64,000 nt of DNA from an uncultured Acidobacteriota bacterium (GCA_963836075.1 CAWIIB010000001.1:736001-800000), one strand, 5' to 3'; counted from the stretch's first letter, positions 31,455 through 41,223 are shown. The notes: generated from the sequence alone by a model not told the origin. A program made the numbers and translations.

Positions 31455-31480
31455 TCTTCTTCCCCCCTTGAAGAAAGGAA

Positions 31481-31816
31481 TTAGCCACAGGTCTCGGGCT
31501 GATCGGAATCGGCGGCATGGTTGACCAGGAAGGTCAGGATGTGGATCAGCTGATCCGCGGGCACCAGGTCCTCGAGCTTCTCGGTCTTGTTGTTATGGGT
31601 GCCCTTCTTGAAATACCGCTCCCACTGGGACATGGTTTTGGTGAGCGGGCTCACCTCTCCGCCCTCACCGTCCTTTACATGACAACTCTTGCATGACTCC
31701 TTGAACAGGGCCTTACCCTTCTTGTCATCCCCCTGGGCCTCGGCCATGATCAGGCTGGTTGACAGAAAGGCAGCGCAACAGAGCAAAGCCATGAACATCC
31801 AAACCGTTCTCCTCAT
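31481..31816 (-). CDS. Small periplasmic monoheme cytochrome c
   Basis: AAGGAG RBS, signal peptide, CKSCH, C-terminal HAADSDQPETCG. Confidence 0.88.
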   Translation of the reverse strand: MRRTVWMFMALLCCAAFLSTSLIMAEAQGDDKKGKALFKESCKSCHVKDGEGGEVSPLTKTMSQWERYFKKGTHNNKTEKLEDLVPADQLIHILTFLVNHAADSDQPETCG

Positions 31817-31895
31817 CGTGCTCTCCTTTTTGAATGATCAGATGAAACCGTTCGAGTCATCCAGTAACAAACATCCGTAAATTCGACAAACCAGT

Positions 31896-31912
31896 ATCCA
31901 AGAACTGTTCCA
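31896..31912 (-). promoter_or_regulatory. Possible sigma54 (-24/-12) promoter
   Basis: Minus strand TGGAAC-AGTTC-TTGGA versus consensus TGGCAC-N5-TTGC; correct spacing but two mismatches; ~80 nt upstream of the cytochrome start. Confidence 0.45.
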
Positions 31913-31964
31913 CATTTGGTTCATTCGGTTAACTTCTTTTTTTTCAGTCAATAACAAATATTAC

Positions 31965-32191
31965 ATGAAACCTGACGTTTCATATGATTTGAAACAATAG
32001 GCCGTTCAGAACAAGAATCAGAATCGATCAGAAAATGAAAACCATTGCCATTACAAGATATATATACACTACTGGATCCATTTGAAACAACAATGAAACG
32101 TTTGTTTCATCAAAACACATATTCCCCTGATACACTTGTGTATTGCTATGAATTAAACAGTTGGAACAATTTGGAACAAGGCAGGTGAAAC
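31965..32191. promoter_or_regulatory. AT-rich array of TGAAAC/TGGAAC boxes, candidate activator binding sites
   Basis: ATGAAAC-N5-GTTTCAT (31965-31983), ATGAAAC-N4-GTTTCAT (32093-32110), further TGAAAC half-sites, direct repeat TTGGAACAA x2 at 32161-32179. Confidence 0.65.
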
Positions 32192-32200
32192 AGGTTGGAA

Positions 32201-32917
32201 TCAGCGGATGGTGAAACGGTACTCCAGCGGCTGGTCACCGCTGTCCGAAGCACCGGATTCAGGCTTCAACCGCAGGAGATAGTCGCCGCCCTCGGCCAGC
32301 AGCGGAGCCGGCAGGAAGAGCCCGGCCCACTCCCCCGTCTCCGGCTGGCAGAGGAGCCGTCCCCGGAGCACTGTCCTCCCGGACGGCCCGTCCAGGTCAA
32401 AGGTCAGCACGGTTTCACAGGAATAGTCGATGCCGTTCAATTCGACGTAGAGGCCGGTGCCGGGAGTAATTCCCCCCGCGGGTCCCGCCGTCCTGGCGGC
32501 CGCCGGGAAGAGTGAGATCAGCCGGGCCGGGGCGCCGGTTTCGGCGCCGTCCGTCTGCAGCAGGCGCACCGTAGCGGCTCCCAGAACCAGGCCGATGAGC
32601 AGCAGCGACGCTCCGGCCATGGCCGGGACCAGCCGCCCGGCGCCGAGCAGCGAATCGAGAAAACTGCTGATCCTCTCCACGAGACCCGGGCCGGACAAAT
32701 CCGGAACCGCGACGGGCCCGGTTGTCCTGCCGGCGGCCGTAGACCGCGCCGTCTGGGCCTGGGCCATGACCGAACGCAGCAGTTCCTCGGCCTCCGGAGA
32801 CGCCGAGGCGCGGCGCAGGACATCCGCACGCCCCTCCTCGTCCAGCAGGCCGGCGGCGAAATCGATGCACAGGTCAGGGGTCAGTTCCTCGCTGCGGTCT
32901 TGTCGCTGGTCAGCCAT
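32201..32917 (-). CDS. Putative anti-sigma factor-like membrane protein
   Basis: GAGGAG RBS; N-terminal DFAAGLLDEEGRADV helix like ZAS-type anti-sigma domains but lacking HxxxCxxC; one TM; C-terminal beta domain; overlaps the upstream sigma-like gene. Confidence 0.6.
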   Translation of the reverse strand: MADQRQDRSEELTPDLCIDFAAGLLDEEGRADVLRRASASPEAEELLRSVMAQAQTARSTAAGRTTGPVAVPDLSGPGLVERISSFLDSLLGAGRLVPAMAGASLLLIGLVLGAATVRLLQTDGAETGAPARLISLFPAAARTAGPAGGITPGTGLYVELNGIDYSCETVLTFDLDGPSGRTVLRGRLLCQPETGEWAGLFLPAPLLAEGGDYLLRLKPESGASDSGDQPLEYRFTIR

Positions 32918-33632
32918 GGACGTCTCCTCCTCGGGCGGCAGGTTCCCACAGACGCAGGAAGGCGGCAAAGGTGCCCGGCGGAAACCGGACCGGAGCCTCA
33001 TCCCCTGCAGTGAGAATGGTCCGCAGGTCCTTGCGCAGGCGGTCCCAGACCGTGTCCACGTTGGTTGGACTGGTGTTCACCGCCGGGTGCTCGGCAATCT
33101 CCAGGGTGCGCATCTGGTAGAAGGCTTTCATGACGAATATCCGGGCGTGGTCCGCACGGCAGGTGCCCAGCCAGCTGACCAGCCTGGCGGCGGTCTCCTC
33201 CCCGGCCGCCTGCTGTTCGGGGTCGGCCTGACCGGTCTGCGGAACGTTGTCCAACGTCTCCGCCAGCTCTTCGCCGCCCCGTTCCCGGTAGTATTTCTTC
33301 CAGAAGGCCCGGGCGGTGTTGTGCGCCACCTGTTTGACGTATCCCCGTATCTTCATTTCGTTTTCCTCGGCCGGCTTCCAGCCGCCGCGCCGGATCTGCT
33401 CCACCAGCTGCGCGGTTTTTTCCGCCGCCAGCCCGGCGAGCTCATCCCGCCGGATCTCGGGGTTTCGGATCTCATAGGCCAGGTAGCCCCCGAGGGCCGT
33501 CTGGATCAATACCCACAATGCCGACTCTGCACTATCAGTGTCCGTCCCGGCGGGAAATCGCACGGGTACCGCCAGAAAATCGGCGGCCAGCTGTCGGAGT
33601 TGTTGGGGCCAGGCTGCTCTGCTGCCCATCAT
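32910..33632 (-). CDS. Divergent ECF-type sigma70 factor
   Basis: Region 2-like IRGYVKQVAHNTARAFWKK; region 4-like RIFVMKAFYQMRTLEIAE...NVDTVWDRLRKDLR. Confidence 0.65.
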   Translation of the reverse strand: MMGSRAAWPQQLRQLAADFLAVPVRFPAGTDTDSAESALWVLIQTALGGYLAYEIRNPEIRRDELAGLAAEKTAQLVEQIRRGGWKPAEENEMKIRGYVKQVAHNTARAFWKKYYRERGGEELAETLDNVPQTGQADPEQQAAGEETAARLVSWLGTCRADHARIFVMKAFYQMRTLEIAEHPAVNTSPTNVDTVWDRLRKDLRTILTAGDEAPVRFPPGTFAAFLRLWEPAARGGDVHG

Positions 33633-33786
33633 CGAACCCGTGCACCGCGTCGATCGGTAACGCACGCAGCCGGCGGGCGGCATCGGCCGGCTGCACTGAC
33701 CGGGGAATGCGTTATCTTGATCGACGGTGAATGGGGAGTCAAGCGGCCCGCCCGCGGTTGGGCGGACGGGCCGGGAGGGGATCGGA

Positions 33787-34152
33787 TCAGGGAGCACTAC
33801 CGGTGACCGTGCAACTGTCGGACGCGGTGTCACCGGCAGGGGCAAAGGGCGGCTGGTTGTAGGGGACCGGGGTGACGTCCTGGCCCACCAGGTTGAACTG
33901 GTTGTCGCCCACCAGCGAACCCAGCGCCGGCAGGTTCTGGTTCCAGACCGCATTGTAGGTCTCGTAGGGCGCCAGATTGGTCCAGCCGGCCCGGAAACTG
34001 CCGAAGAAGCTGCCCGAGGCAATCTGCAGCTGCAGCCTGGCGGCGGCCCGCCGGTTCTCGTCGCTGAGGTTGGTCAGCCCGCAATTGATCTGAAAGGCAA
34101 AGGGCAGGGTTCCACTGCCCGGCACGCAGGTCAACACCGTGTCGATGGTATC
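33787..34152 (-). repeat. PYNQPP C-terminal domain, copy 2 (121 aa)
   Basis: DTIDTVLTCVPGSGTLPF...LTN...RAGWTNL...LVG...QDVTPVPYNQPPFAPAGD...CTVTGSAP*. Confidence 0.95.
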
Positions 34153-36525
34153 CACCGGCGGGGTCTGCCCCACGCCGAAGAAGCTGAGGATCCCGGCCAG
34201 CAGTTCCTCCCTGGTGCTGGGGGAGGCCCCGTCATCCAGCCCGCCGAACTCGAAGGCGAACCCCACGGTGAGGTAGCTGCCGCCGTCGTAGGAGATGCCG
34301 TTGTCATAGACCGGACTGCCGTTGGTGAACAGGGTGACCGCACCCGCTCCGGGTGAAATGTGGTCCATGTAGGCATTGCTGCCGCTGTAGGTGAAGGACA
34401 TGCCCTCGGTGAGGGTGCCGGCCACGCCGTTCACCGGTCCGCAGTCGCCGGTGCCGTCAGCGTCGCCGGTGATGTGGAAGTAGGGGTGCACCGCGGTGGC
34501 GGTGTCGTAGGCCCAGGTGTCGCCCCCCTCCATGTAGAGCCGGCCGCCCCCGTCGAGGTAGGCGGCCAGAATGCTGCCTTCGCCGCTGGTCAGCACGTGG
34601 TTGCCGGAGTAGATACCCAGACAGGCGAAGATCGCCTCGTAGAGCGCGGGATCGGCCGGCAGGGATGACCCGTTGTCATAGCCCAGGCCCAGACCGTCCA
34701 GGGCTGAGGTCAACGCCGCTTCGGAAATGCTCCCCGAGGGGTTCCAGACGTAGACCGGGATGGAGGAGACGATGCTGAAGCCGTGATACCCGGCAGCCGG
34801 ATGCCAGGTGGTGTTCAAATCACCCGAAGCGTCCACCGCGCGAATCCGGTATTCCACCAGGTCACCGTCGCTCACCGCGGCGACAAAATCGCCTGCCCAG
34901 GTATAGCCGCCGGTGTTGGTCATCGGCACCTCGGCCTGGGGCGCGCCATTGACGCTGTATTCCAGCACCACTTCGCTGAGACCGCTGGCATCGGTCACCG
35001 TGGCGGTCACCGTGGCCGGCCAGCCGCCCAGGGACTGGTCCCCCAGCGGGGTGTGGGTGATCACCGGCCAGTCGCCGGTGCTGGAAACCAGGAACCGGTG
35101 CGCGCCGGCGGATCCGATGTAGGGGTGATTCTCCGCCCGGCCCGAGTCGTCCTCGGCGTGGATGTAGTAACGGACCGAGGTGCCGTCAGCCTGGGCCGGG
35201 ATGGTGCCCTGCCAGCTGTCGCCGCCGGTGCTGGTCATGGTGACGCTGGTGAAGAAACCGCCGTCGATGCTGTATCGCAGCTGGGGGAATCCGCTGCTCA
35301 GCGGCTGACCGCTGTAGGGGTGGATTTCGGCGGTCACCAGGTAATCGCCGCCGGCGCCCTGGGGATCGATCAGCGGGGTGTGATCGATGTAGAGCATGTA
35401 ACGGTCCATGATCCCCTTGGCCCGGCAGTGGATCGCGTCGTCGGAGAGCCAGGAGCCGTCGAAGCCGATGATCTCGTAGCCCGGCATGGCGTCCTGGTAG
35501 ATCTGCAGCGCCACCGCGTCATGGGAGGTGCCGAAGGTGGGTACCAGCACCTTGGTGTTCAGGATCAGCGAGTTGGTGTAGGCCTCGGTGTAGCCGGTGC
35601 CCACCGGCACCCGGATGATCTCGTACGGCGTGCCCCAGGAACTGGTCAGGGTCTGGAGGAAGGCCACGTTGGCCTCCAGTTCCGGGTCGGCGGGAGTCTT
35701 CTCCTCCACCAGGATGGTGTCCACGTCGAGAAACTTCTTGGTGCAGTCGATATGATGGATGCCGCCCGACTCGGTGTAGGGCAACGGGTAGTAGTCGGTG
35801 ATGCCGCAGTAGTCGAGGAGGATCTGGTCCACCTGGGCCCCGGTCATCCCCGGGTTCTCGTCGAGGATCAGACGGGTGCTCATTCCCACGCCGCGGCCGT
35901 CACACATCCAGTTGCCGCCGGTGGCCACCAGGTCCATGCCGTAGACCGGGATGCCGAGGTAGTCGCCGAACTCCTGGGGGATCTCGTCATCGTTGGGCCG
36001 CGGGCGGTTGTAGATGTGGTCGACGATACCCTGCTCGTCGTTGCCGGTGTAGACATACCAGGGCCCGTAGTCCCGGGTCCAGTAGGAGTCGGTGCCGGCG
36101 ATGAAGAAGTGGCAGTTGGCCATGTTCACGCCGCTGGAACTGTAGGCGCTTTCCGCCGAGGTCTGCTGTGAAGCGCTGCCGACGATAGTCCAGACCTCCA
36201 CGTCTTCGGACATCTCGGCAATCAGGTCGTAGGGGATGCCCAGGGGCCAGCGGATCAGCACGCCGGTCACCGGCTCGAACTCGCCGGCCATGCGCACCGG
36301 CACCGGAGGCGCCGCCGTGCCGCGGAAGTTGATGCCGATCTCATCCTTGCGCGCTTCCTCCTCCGGGGTCATCCAGATGGGGAGGCTGTGCGGGTTCTCA
36401 TCCAGCCACTTCTGCTGCTCGGCGGTGAGCGGCCGTCCAGCGGGATCGGCAACGGCCTGAATGGTTCCACAGAACAGAGCACAGATCAGCAGCAGGCGCA
36501 GGATCGACACTGGGGAGATGGACAT
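33787..36525 (-). CDS. Secreted agmatine/peptidylarginine deiminase family protein with Ig-like domains and C-terminal PYNQPP domain
   Basis: Signal peptide; RMAGEFEP, WTRDYGP, GGNWMCDG, HID, YTNSLILN, DAIHC; repeated IxHTP...YYIxA domains; YLDGGGRLYMEGGDTW domain. Confidence 0.9.
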   Translation of the reverse strand: MSISPVSILRLLLICALFCGTIQAVADPAGRPLTAEQQKWLDENPHSLPIWMTPEEEARKDEIGINFRGTAAPPVPVRMAGEFEPVTGVLIRWPLGIPYDLIAEMSEDVEVWTIVGSASQQTSAESAYSSSGVNMANCHFFIAGTDSYWTRDYGPWYVYTGNDEQGIVDHIYNRPRPNDDEIPQEFGDYLGIPVYGMDLVATGGNWMCDGRGVGMSTRLILDENPGMTGAQVDQILLDYCGITDYYPLPYTESGGIHHIDCTKKFLDVDTILVEEKTPADPELEANVAFLQTLTSSWGTPYEIIRVPVGTGYTEAYTNSLILNTKVLVPTFGTSHDAVALQIYQDAMPGYEIIGFDGSWLSDDAIHCRAKGIMDRYMLYIDHTPLIDPQGAGGDYLVTAEIHPYSGQPLSSGFPQLRYSIDGGFFTSVTMTSTGGDSWQGTIPAQADGTSVRYYIHAEDDSGRAENHPYIGSAGAHRFLVSSTGDWPVITHTPLGDQSLGGWPATVTATVTDASGLSEVVLEYSVNGAPQAEVPMTNTGGYTWAGDFVAAVSDGDLVEYRIRAVDASGDLNTTWHPAAGYHGFSIVSSIPVYVWNPSGSISEAALTSALDGLGLGYDNGSSLPADPALYEAIFACLGIYSGNHVLTSGEGSILAAYLDGGGRLYMEGGDTWAYDTATAVHPYFHITGDADGTGDCGPVNGVAGTLTEGMSFTYSGSNAYMDHISPGAGAVTLFTNGSPVYDNGISYDGGSYLTVGFAFEFGGLDDGASPSTREELLAGILSFFGVGQTPPVDTIDTVLTCVPGSGTLPFAFQINCGLTNLSDENRRAAARLQLQIASGSFFGSFRAGWTNLAPYETYNAVWNQNLPALGSLVGDNQFNLVGQDVTPVPYNQPPFAPAGDTASDSCTVTGSAP

Positions 36526-36781
36526 GACTTCAGACTCTCCTCTGACGTGAGAAATGTTCGGTTCGGGGGGTGGCGAACTCCGCTGCGAACCGACAATCGT
36601 GGATGTATAACCGCATCAGCAACAAGCTGGATTCCGGTTTTTCACATGCCGAAGGTGGTGTGGCGCAATTGAGTACTACACGCACCACGGCGGGGCAAGG
36701 CACCTGTTCAATATAAGTCAATCGGGATGCAAATGCAAGAAACGAAACTGGTAAACATCACCGGCGGCGACAATCGAAAGG

Positions 36782-38407
36782 TCAGGTGGCCAGCAGACGT
36801 TTCACTTTGCGGTCGATTTCATTGAGTGAGAACGGCTTGTGGATCACCCCCAGGACTCCCTCATCGTCCGCTCCCTCCTCCCCGGCGAAACCACGGGCGT
36901 GGCCGGTAATGTAAAGAATCTTCGCTTGAGGGTCAATTTTGAGGATCTTGCGGCTGGCCTCCACCCCGTTCATCCGCGGCATCACCACATCCATCAGGAT
37001 CAGGTCCACTTCATCCCCGCGCTTCTCGTAGAGTTTCACCGCCTCCACTCCGTCCACCGCCTCCAGCACCCGGTAGCCCATTTCACGGAGATACTCGCCG
37101 ATGACACCACGGGCGCCATCTTCGTCATCGGTGATCATGACGGTCTGCATCAGCGGGCTCGGCCCGGAGGAGTCTATCCCCGGCTCGTGGATCGGCGAGG
37201 TGGCCTCCACCGCCCCGGTTAATCCGTCAGCCCTTCCCGGGGTAACCATTCCCGACCGCACCGGAAGCAGAATCTTGAAGGTGGAGCCCATCCCCGGCGC
37301 ACTGGTCACCAGCAGGTGGCCCTTGTGCTTGCGGATGATGGAAAAGGCCACCGAGAGTCCCAGGCCCGTTCCTTCCCCCGGCTCCCGGGTGGTGAAGAAA
37401 GGCTCGAAGATTCGTGACTGGATCTCTTCGCCCATCCCGTTGCCGTTGTCCTCGATGACGATCAGCACATAGCTCCCCGGTTCCGCCGGATGGTAGGGCC
37501 AGCTGTCGCCCTCGTCGCAATCCACTCGGGAGGTGGAGACCTGCAGCATCCCGGGGTCCTCGAGGTCCTCCCTGTTTTTGAGGGCCATGGCGCCGTTGAG
37601 GCAGATGTTCATCAGCACCTGGTCGATCTGGACCCGATCGGCCATCACCAGCGGCAGTTGCCACTCCAGCTCGGTGCGCAGTTGAATCTTCTTGTCCAGC
37701 GAGCGCGACAGCAGCTCGATGGCACTGTTCACGCAGTCATTGGCATCCAGCGGCTCCATGCGCGGGGCTTCCCGGCGGCTGTAGAGGAGCATCTGCTGAA
37801 CCAGACTGCGGGCCCGTTCACCGGCCTGGTTGATCCGCTGGGCGTATCGTGACTTGGGGTCGTCCCTGGGCAGGTTCATCAGCAACATCTCCGAATAGCC
37901 GAGGATGGCCATCAGGAGATTGTTGAAATCGTGGGCGATGCCGCCGACCAGCGTCCCCACCGACTCCAGTTTCTGGGACTGCAGCAGCTGGTCCTCGATC
38001 AGCCGCCGTTCGGTGAGGTCACGGGCCACCACGATTGCCGAACAGATTCCACTCTCGGCACGCACCGGGGAAGCCGTGGCGTGGTAGACCCGCAGGCTTC
38101 CGGCTGCGCCGTTGAGCTTCCCCTGGTCCTGCGGGCTCCGTTCCGGCAGTTCGAACTCGAATCCGATGGGCGATCCGCTTTGAATGGTCTGCTTCACGGC
38201 CCGGGCCACTGCGCTGCCCGCCTCGCCGGGGAAGATGTCCGGGGCGGTCATTCCCGCCGGTGCCGCGGGCAGGTCAACCGTTTCAAGCAGACCGGCGAAC
38301 CACGCCTCGGTGCAGCGGCCGTCCCGGTCAAATACCGCCACCAGGTCGGTCATCGCGGAGAGGAGTTCGTGGTAACGGTTCTCGCTCCCGGTGGATCTGT
38401 TGGTCAT
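36782..38407 (-). CDS. Hybrid sensor histidine kinase (PAS-HisKA-HATPase-REC)
   Basis: [51 protein letters not shown]. Confidence 0.95.
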   Translation of the reverse strand: MTNRSTGSENRYHELLSAMTDLVAVFDRDGRCTEAWFAGLLETVDLPAAPAGMTAPDIFPGEAGSAVARAVKQTIQSGSPIGFEFELPERSPQDQGKLNGAAGSLRVYHATASPVRAESGICSAIVVARDLTERRLIEDQLLQSQKLESVGTLVGGIAHDFNNLLMAILGYSEMLLMNLPRDDPKSRYAQRINQAGERARSLVQQMLLYSRREAPRMEPLDANDCVNSAIELLSRSLDKKIQLRTELEWQLPLVMADRVQIDQVLMNICLNGAMALKNREDLEDPGMLQVSTSRVDCDEGDSWPYHPAEPGSYVLIVIEDNGNGMGEEIQSRIFEPFFTTREPGEGTGLGLSVAFSIIRKHKGHLLVTSAPGMGSTFKILLPVRSGMVTPGRADGLTGAVEATSPIHEPGIDSSGPSPLMQTVMITDDEDGARGVIGEYLREMGYRVLEAVDGVEAVKLYEKRGDEVDLILMDVVMPRMNGVEASRKILKIDPQAKILYITGHARGFAGEEGADDEGVLGVIHKPFSLNEIDRKVKRLLAT

Positions 38408-38636
38408 CTGCAACTCTGCCCCCGGCCTTCCCGGGTCAAGGGGAAGGCCCGTCGATTTAACCGGCGGTCCCCGGCGCCGGATCTTGCCGACACCATTGCC
38501 GGCCGTTCCGTACCGCGTCAGGTGCGCAGTGCAAAACGGTGCACAGACCCGTGAGAACCTCTCTTGTTGTTATCGGTATACATGGTGCCGAGTTAAGCCC
38601 CCGGGGCACTAAATCCGCCGGCCAGCGGGACGGAGA

Positions 38637-39002
38637 TCACGGGCGCCAGGCGACGACCGTGCACATGTCGCTGGCCATGCTGCCCGATGCGGGGTATGGC
38701 GGCTGGTTGTAGGGCGCCGGAGTGACGTCCTGTACCACCAGCTGGAACAGGGTCGACCCGTCCAGCGTGGGCAGATCGGGGAACCACTGGCTCCAGCAGT
38801 AATGATACGTTTCCGCCGGGGAGAGATTGGTGAACCCGCGGCGGTAGTTGGGGAAATACTGCCCGCCGGGCAGCGCGACGTTCAGTATGCCGACAGCGCT
38901 GCGGGGATAGCCGGAGACGTTGATCACATCCCCGCACATCATACTGGAGAACGGCAGGGCGCTGGAGTCAGGCGTGGCGGAAAGCGCGGCGTCAACCGTC
39001 TG
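38637..39002 (-). repeat. PYNQPP C-terminal domain, copy 3 (121 aa)
   Basis: QTVDAALSATPDSSALPF...N...RRGFTNL...LDG...QDVTPAPYNQPPYPASG...CTVVAWRP*. Confidence 0.95.
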
Positions 39003-40538
39003 GTCCCCCGAGTACCCCATGTCGGTCCTGATGACAAACGCATCACAGTCGCCGTTGTGCGACTGGTCGAACCCCGTGCCGGACAGCTGAAAATTGTCGC
39101 TGAAAGTGTAGCCGGCCACCACCGCGGTGAGGCCGCTGCTGTCCAGGGCCAGCTCGTAGGCCTGGTCACAGTTGATCCCCCCCATGTATGACGCGTAGAT
39201 CAGGGTGGACAGGTCGCCGCTGACCCGGGCTACGAACCCCTCCATGGCGCCGTTGTACGTCTGGTCCGTGGCGTCGGGGGTTGCCGGGAAATCGATGGAG
39301 TGGCTGCCACCGCAGATCACCAGATCACCGGCGGCATCCAGCTCCACCGAGTAGATCTCGTCCATGTGCCGGCCGCCCATGTAGCTGGAGTGGATCAGGC
39401 TGCTCAGGTCGGGGCTCATCACCGCCAGAAAACCGTCGTAGGCCTGGGCCGTACCGTCGTTGAACTGGGGGTCGAAGGTGCCGAGGGTGATGGGAAAGTC
39501 GTGGGAGTGGGTGGTTCCCACCACCACCAGGTTGCCCTGGGTATCGAATACCAGGCCGTTGGCCTCGTCGCAACCGCCTTCATGGTCGCCGCCATGAAAA
39601 GGCTCGCCCCAGTCGTGGCCGCCAAGGTAGGTGCAGGCATGGAGGCTGCTGAAATCGGCGGAGAAGAGGGCGATATACACGTCGCGCGAACCGCCGTTGT
39701 GATCCAGGTCGAACGCACCGGCGGTGGTGGGCAGGTTTTCGGAGTTCGCCCAGCCGGTGAGATAGTAGCGGCCGCTGCCGTCCCGAAGGATGGCCCGGTT
39801 GTAGTCGTCCAGGTCCCCGCCCAGATAGGTGCCGGCGGAGACCGCCGAGAGGTCCTGGGAGAAGCGGATGAGAAAGATATCCCGGGTGCCCCCGTTGTAC
39901 GTGGTGTCAAAGGCCCCGGCCGTGACCGGGAACCCCTGGGACCGGGTGTCCCCCCCCACCACCACCGCCCCCGAGGGCTCGACCCAGACCGTCCGGGAGA
40001 AATCCTTGTGTTCGCCGCCGAACAGCGTGGAGTGCAGCAGGGTGGACATGTCGGAGGAAAGCCGGAGCAGGAAGGCATCCTCGTGAACCGTGTTGTGCGC
40101 GGTGTCGAACGCCCCGGGCGTGGTGGGAAAATCGAGCGAGAGGGTGGAACCGCCCAGCAGGATGTTCCCCGCGGCATCGAGGGCCATGCACGGCCCGGGA
40201 TTGTCCATCTGGAAGTAGGGATCGAACTCGAAGTCGAGACCATCGTGCTCCGAACCGCCGATGAAGGTCGAGGCGATCAGCGTGCCCAGGTCGGCGGAGA
40301 GCCGCAGGACGAACAGGTCGCTGTCCCCGCCGGCAAAAGATCCGCCATACAGACCGGCGGTCACCGGAAAATCGTCCGATCCGGTGAGGCCGGCCACCAG
40401 GACGTCACCCTGATCATCGATCACTACGCTGTAGGCGGCATCCCGCTGGCCGCCCCCCAGAAAGGTGGAATAGTCCACCGCCGTGGCGGAGGTTGCAAAC
40501 AACAGCATGATCGACAGAATCCCGATGAATCTGGGCAT
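38637..40538 (-). CDS. Secreted SBBP-like beta-propeller repeat protein with C-terminal PYNQPP domain
   Basis: Signal peptide; about 7 repeats STxxGG..D......D..G.....G.T.S.DFP.T.GAFD...NG...D.F. Confidence 0.88.
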   Translation of the reverse strand: MPRFIGILSIMLLFATSATAVDYSTFLGGGQRDAAYSVVIDDQGDVLVAGLTGSDDFPVTAGLYGGSFAGGDSDLFVLRLSADLGTLIASTFIGGSEHDGLDFEFDPYFQMDNPGPCMALDAAGNILLGGSTLSLDFPTTPGAFDTAHNTVHEDAFLLRLSSDMSTLLHSTLFGGEHKDFSRTVWVEPSGAVVVGGDTRSQGFPVTAGAFDTTYNGGTRDIFLIRFSQDLSAVSAGTYLGGDLDDYNRAILRDGSGRYYLTGWANSENLPTTAGAFDLDHNGGSRDVYIALFSADFSSLHACTYLGGHDWGEPFHGGDHEGGCDEANGLVFDTQGNLVVVGTTHSHDFPITLGTFDPQFNDGTAQAYDGFLAVMSPDLSSLIHSSYMGGRHMDEIYSVELDAAGDLVICGGSHSIDFPATPDATDQTYNGAMEGFVARVSGDLSTLIYASYMGGINCDQAYELALDSSGLTAVVAGYTFSDNFQLSGTGFDQSHNGDCDAFVIRTDMGYSGDQTVDAALSATPDSSALPFSSMMCGDVINVSGYPRSAVGILNVALPGGQYFPNYRRGFTNLSPAETYHYCWSQWFPDLPTLDGSTLFQLVVQDVTPAPYNQPPYPASGSMASDMCTVVAWRP

Positions 40539-40677
40539 GGCCTGCTCCAAGGTTTTTCAGCCGTCGACAAACCCCCGGATGCGGATGCACCGCCGGCGTC
40601 AACGCAACAGTATAATCATAGTGACTTTTCACCCGTATCGGCAAGTCCGGCCGGGCAGATCAGGACGGACAGTGGAG

Positions 40678-40708
40678 AAAAAAAATGCGGGGGATTCTGG
40701 TCCCCCGC
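40678..40708 (-). terminator. Rho-independent terminator
   Basis: Minus strand GCGGGGGA-CCAGAA-TCCCCCGC followed by A and T8. Confidence 0.8.
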
Positions 40709-40830
40709 CAAGCCGATGATGACATTTTCTGTTCCCTCCGGGTTCGCGAACCGGACTCCACTTCACCACTCCAGCCCACAAACCCGAAGTCATGCCGGAA
40801 AGAAAACAGAGGTCGATCGCAAAATGTCGT

Positions 40831-40923
40831 TCAAATAGTGCCCGTGGCGGGCAGCAAAGCCACAAACAGAGTCAGCAGGGCAATCCAGAACATGATCTCC
40901 ACCAACCGTTTTACCTGAGTCAT
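40831..40923 (-). CDS. 30-aa hydrophobic small protein
   Basis: AGGAGG RBS 6 nt before ATG; MTQVKRLVEIMFWIALLTLFVALLPATGTI*; below the ORF-track cutoff. Confidence 0.55.
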   Translation of the reverse strand: MTQVKRLVEIMFWIALLTLFVALLPATGTI

Positions 40924-41142
40924 GACCAACCTCCTGGATTTCAACCACCACTTCTCATCGCCTGGTTGTTACTTCAAGTCCTATGCCAACCAGAGGCGAT
41001 CCTCCGGACATTGCGGCCACAAGAGGCATCGAAAGCAGTTAATCGTTGACGTGAATAAAGTTACTTACGAGGGCAGGCCGGCACGAAAAAGCGTCAACAG
41101 TGCCGGATCAGGTGAGGCGAGGGGTGGGATTCGTATCATGGG

Positions 41143-41198
41143 AAAAAAATGCACACCCGCAGAGGGTAAAGAATTACCACCTTCACGACGAGTGTGCA
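41143..41198 (-). terminator. Long irregular hairpin plus U-tract after the FG-GAP lipoprotein gene
   Basis: Minus strand TGCACAC...GGTAA-TTCT-TTACC...GTGTGCA followed by a T run, 25 nt after the stop at 41224. Confidence 0.55.
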
Positions 41199-41223
41199 CT
41201 TTATTACCACTCAAAGCTAACAA

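Noticed and set aside
40831-40833. Sec readthrough of the small peptide's TGA
   Set aside because: No redox motif around the codon and the downstream frame does not look protein-like.
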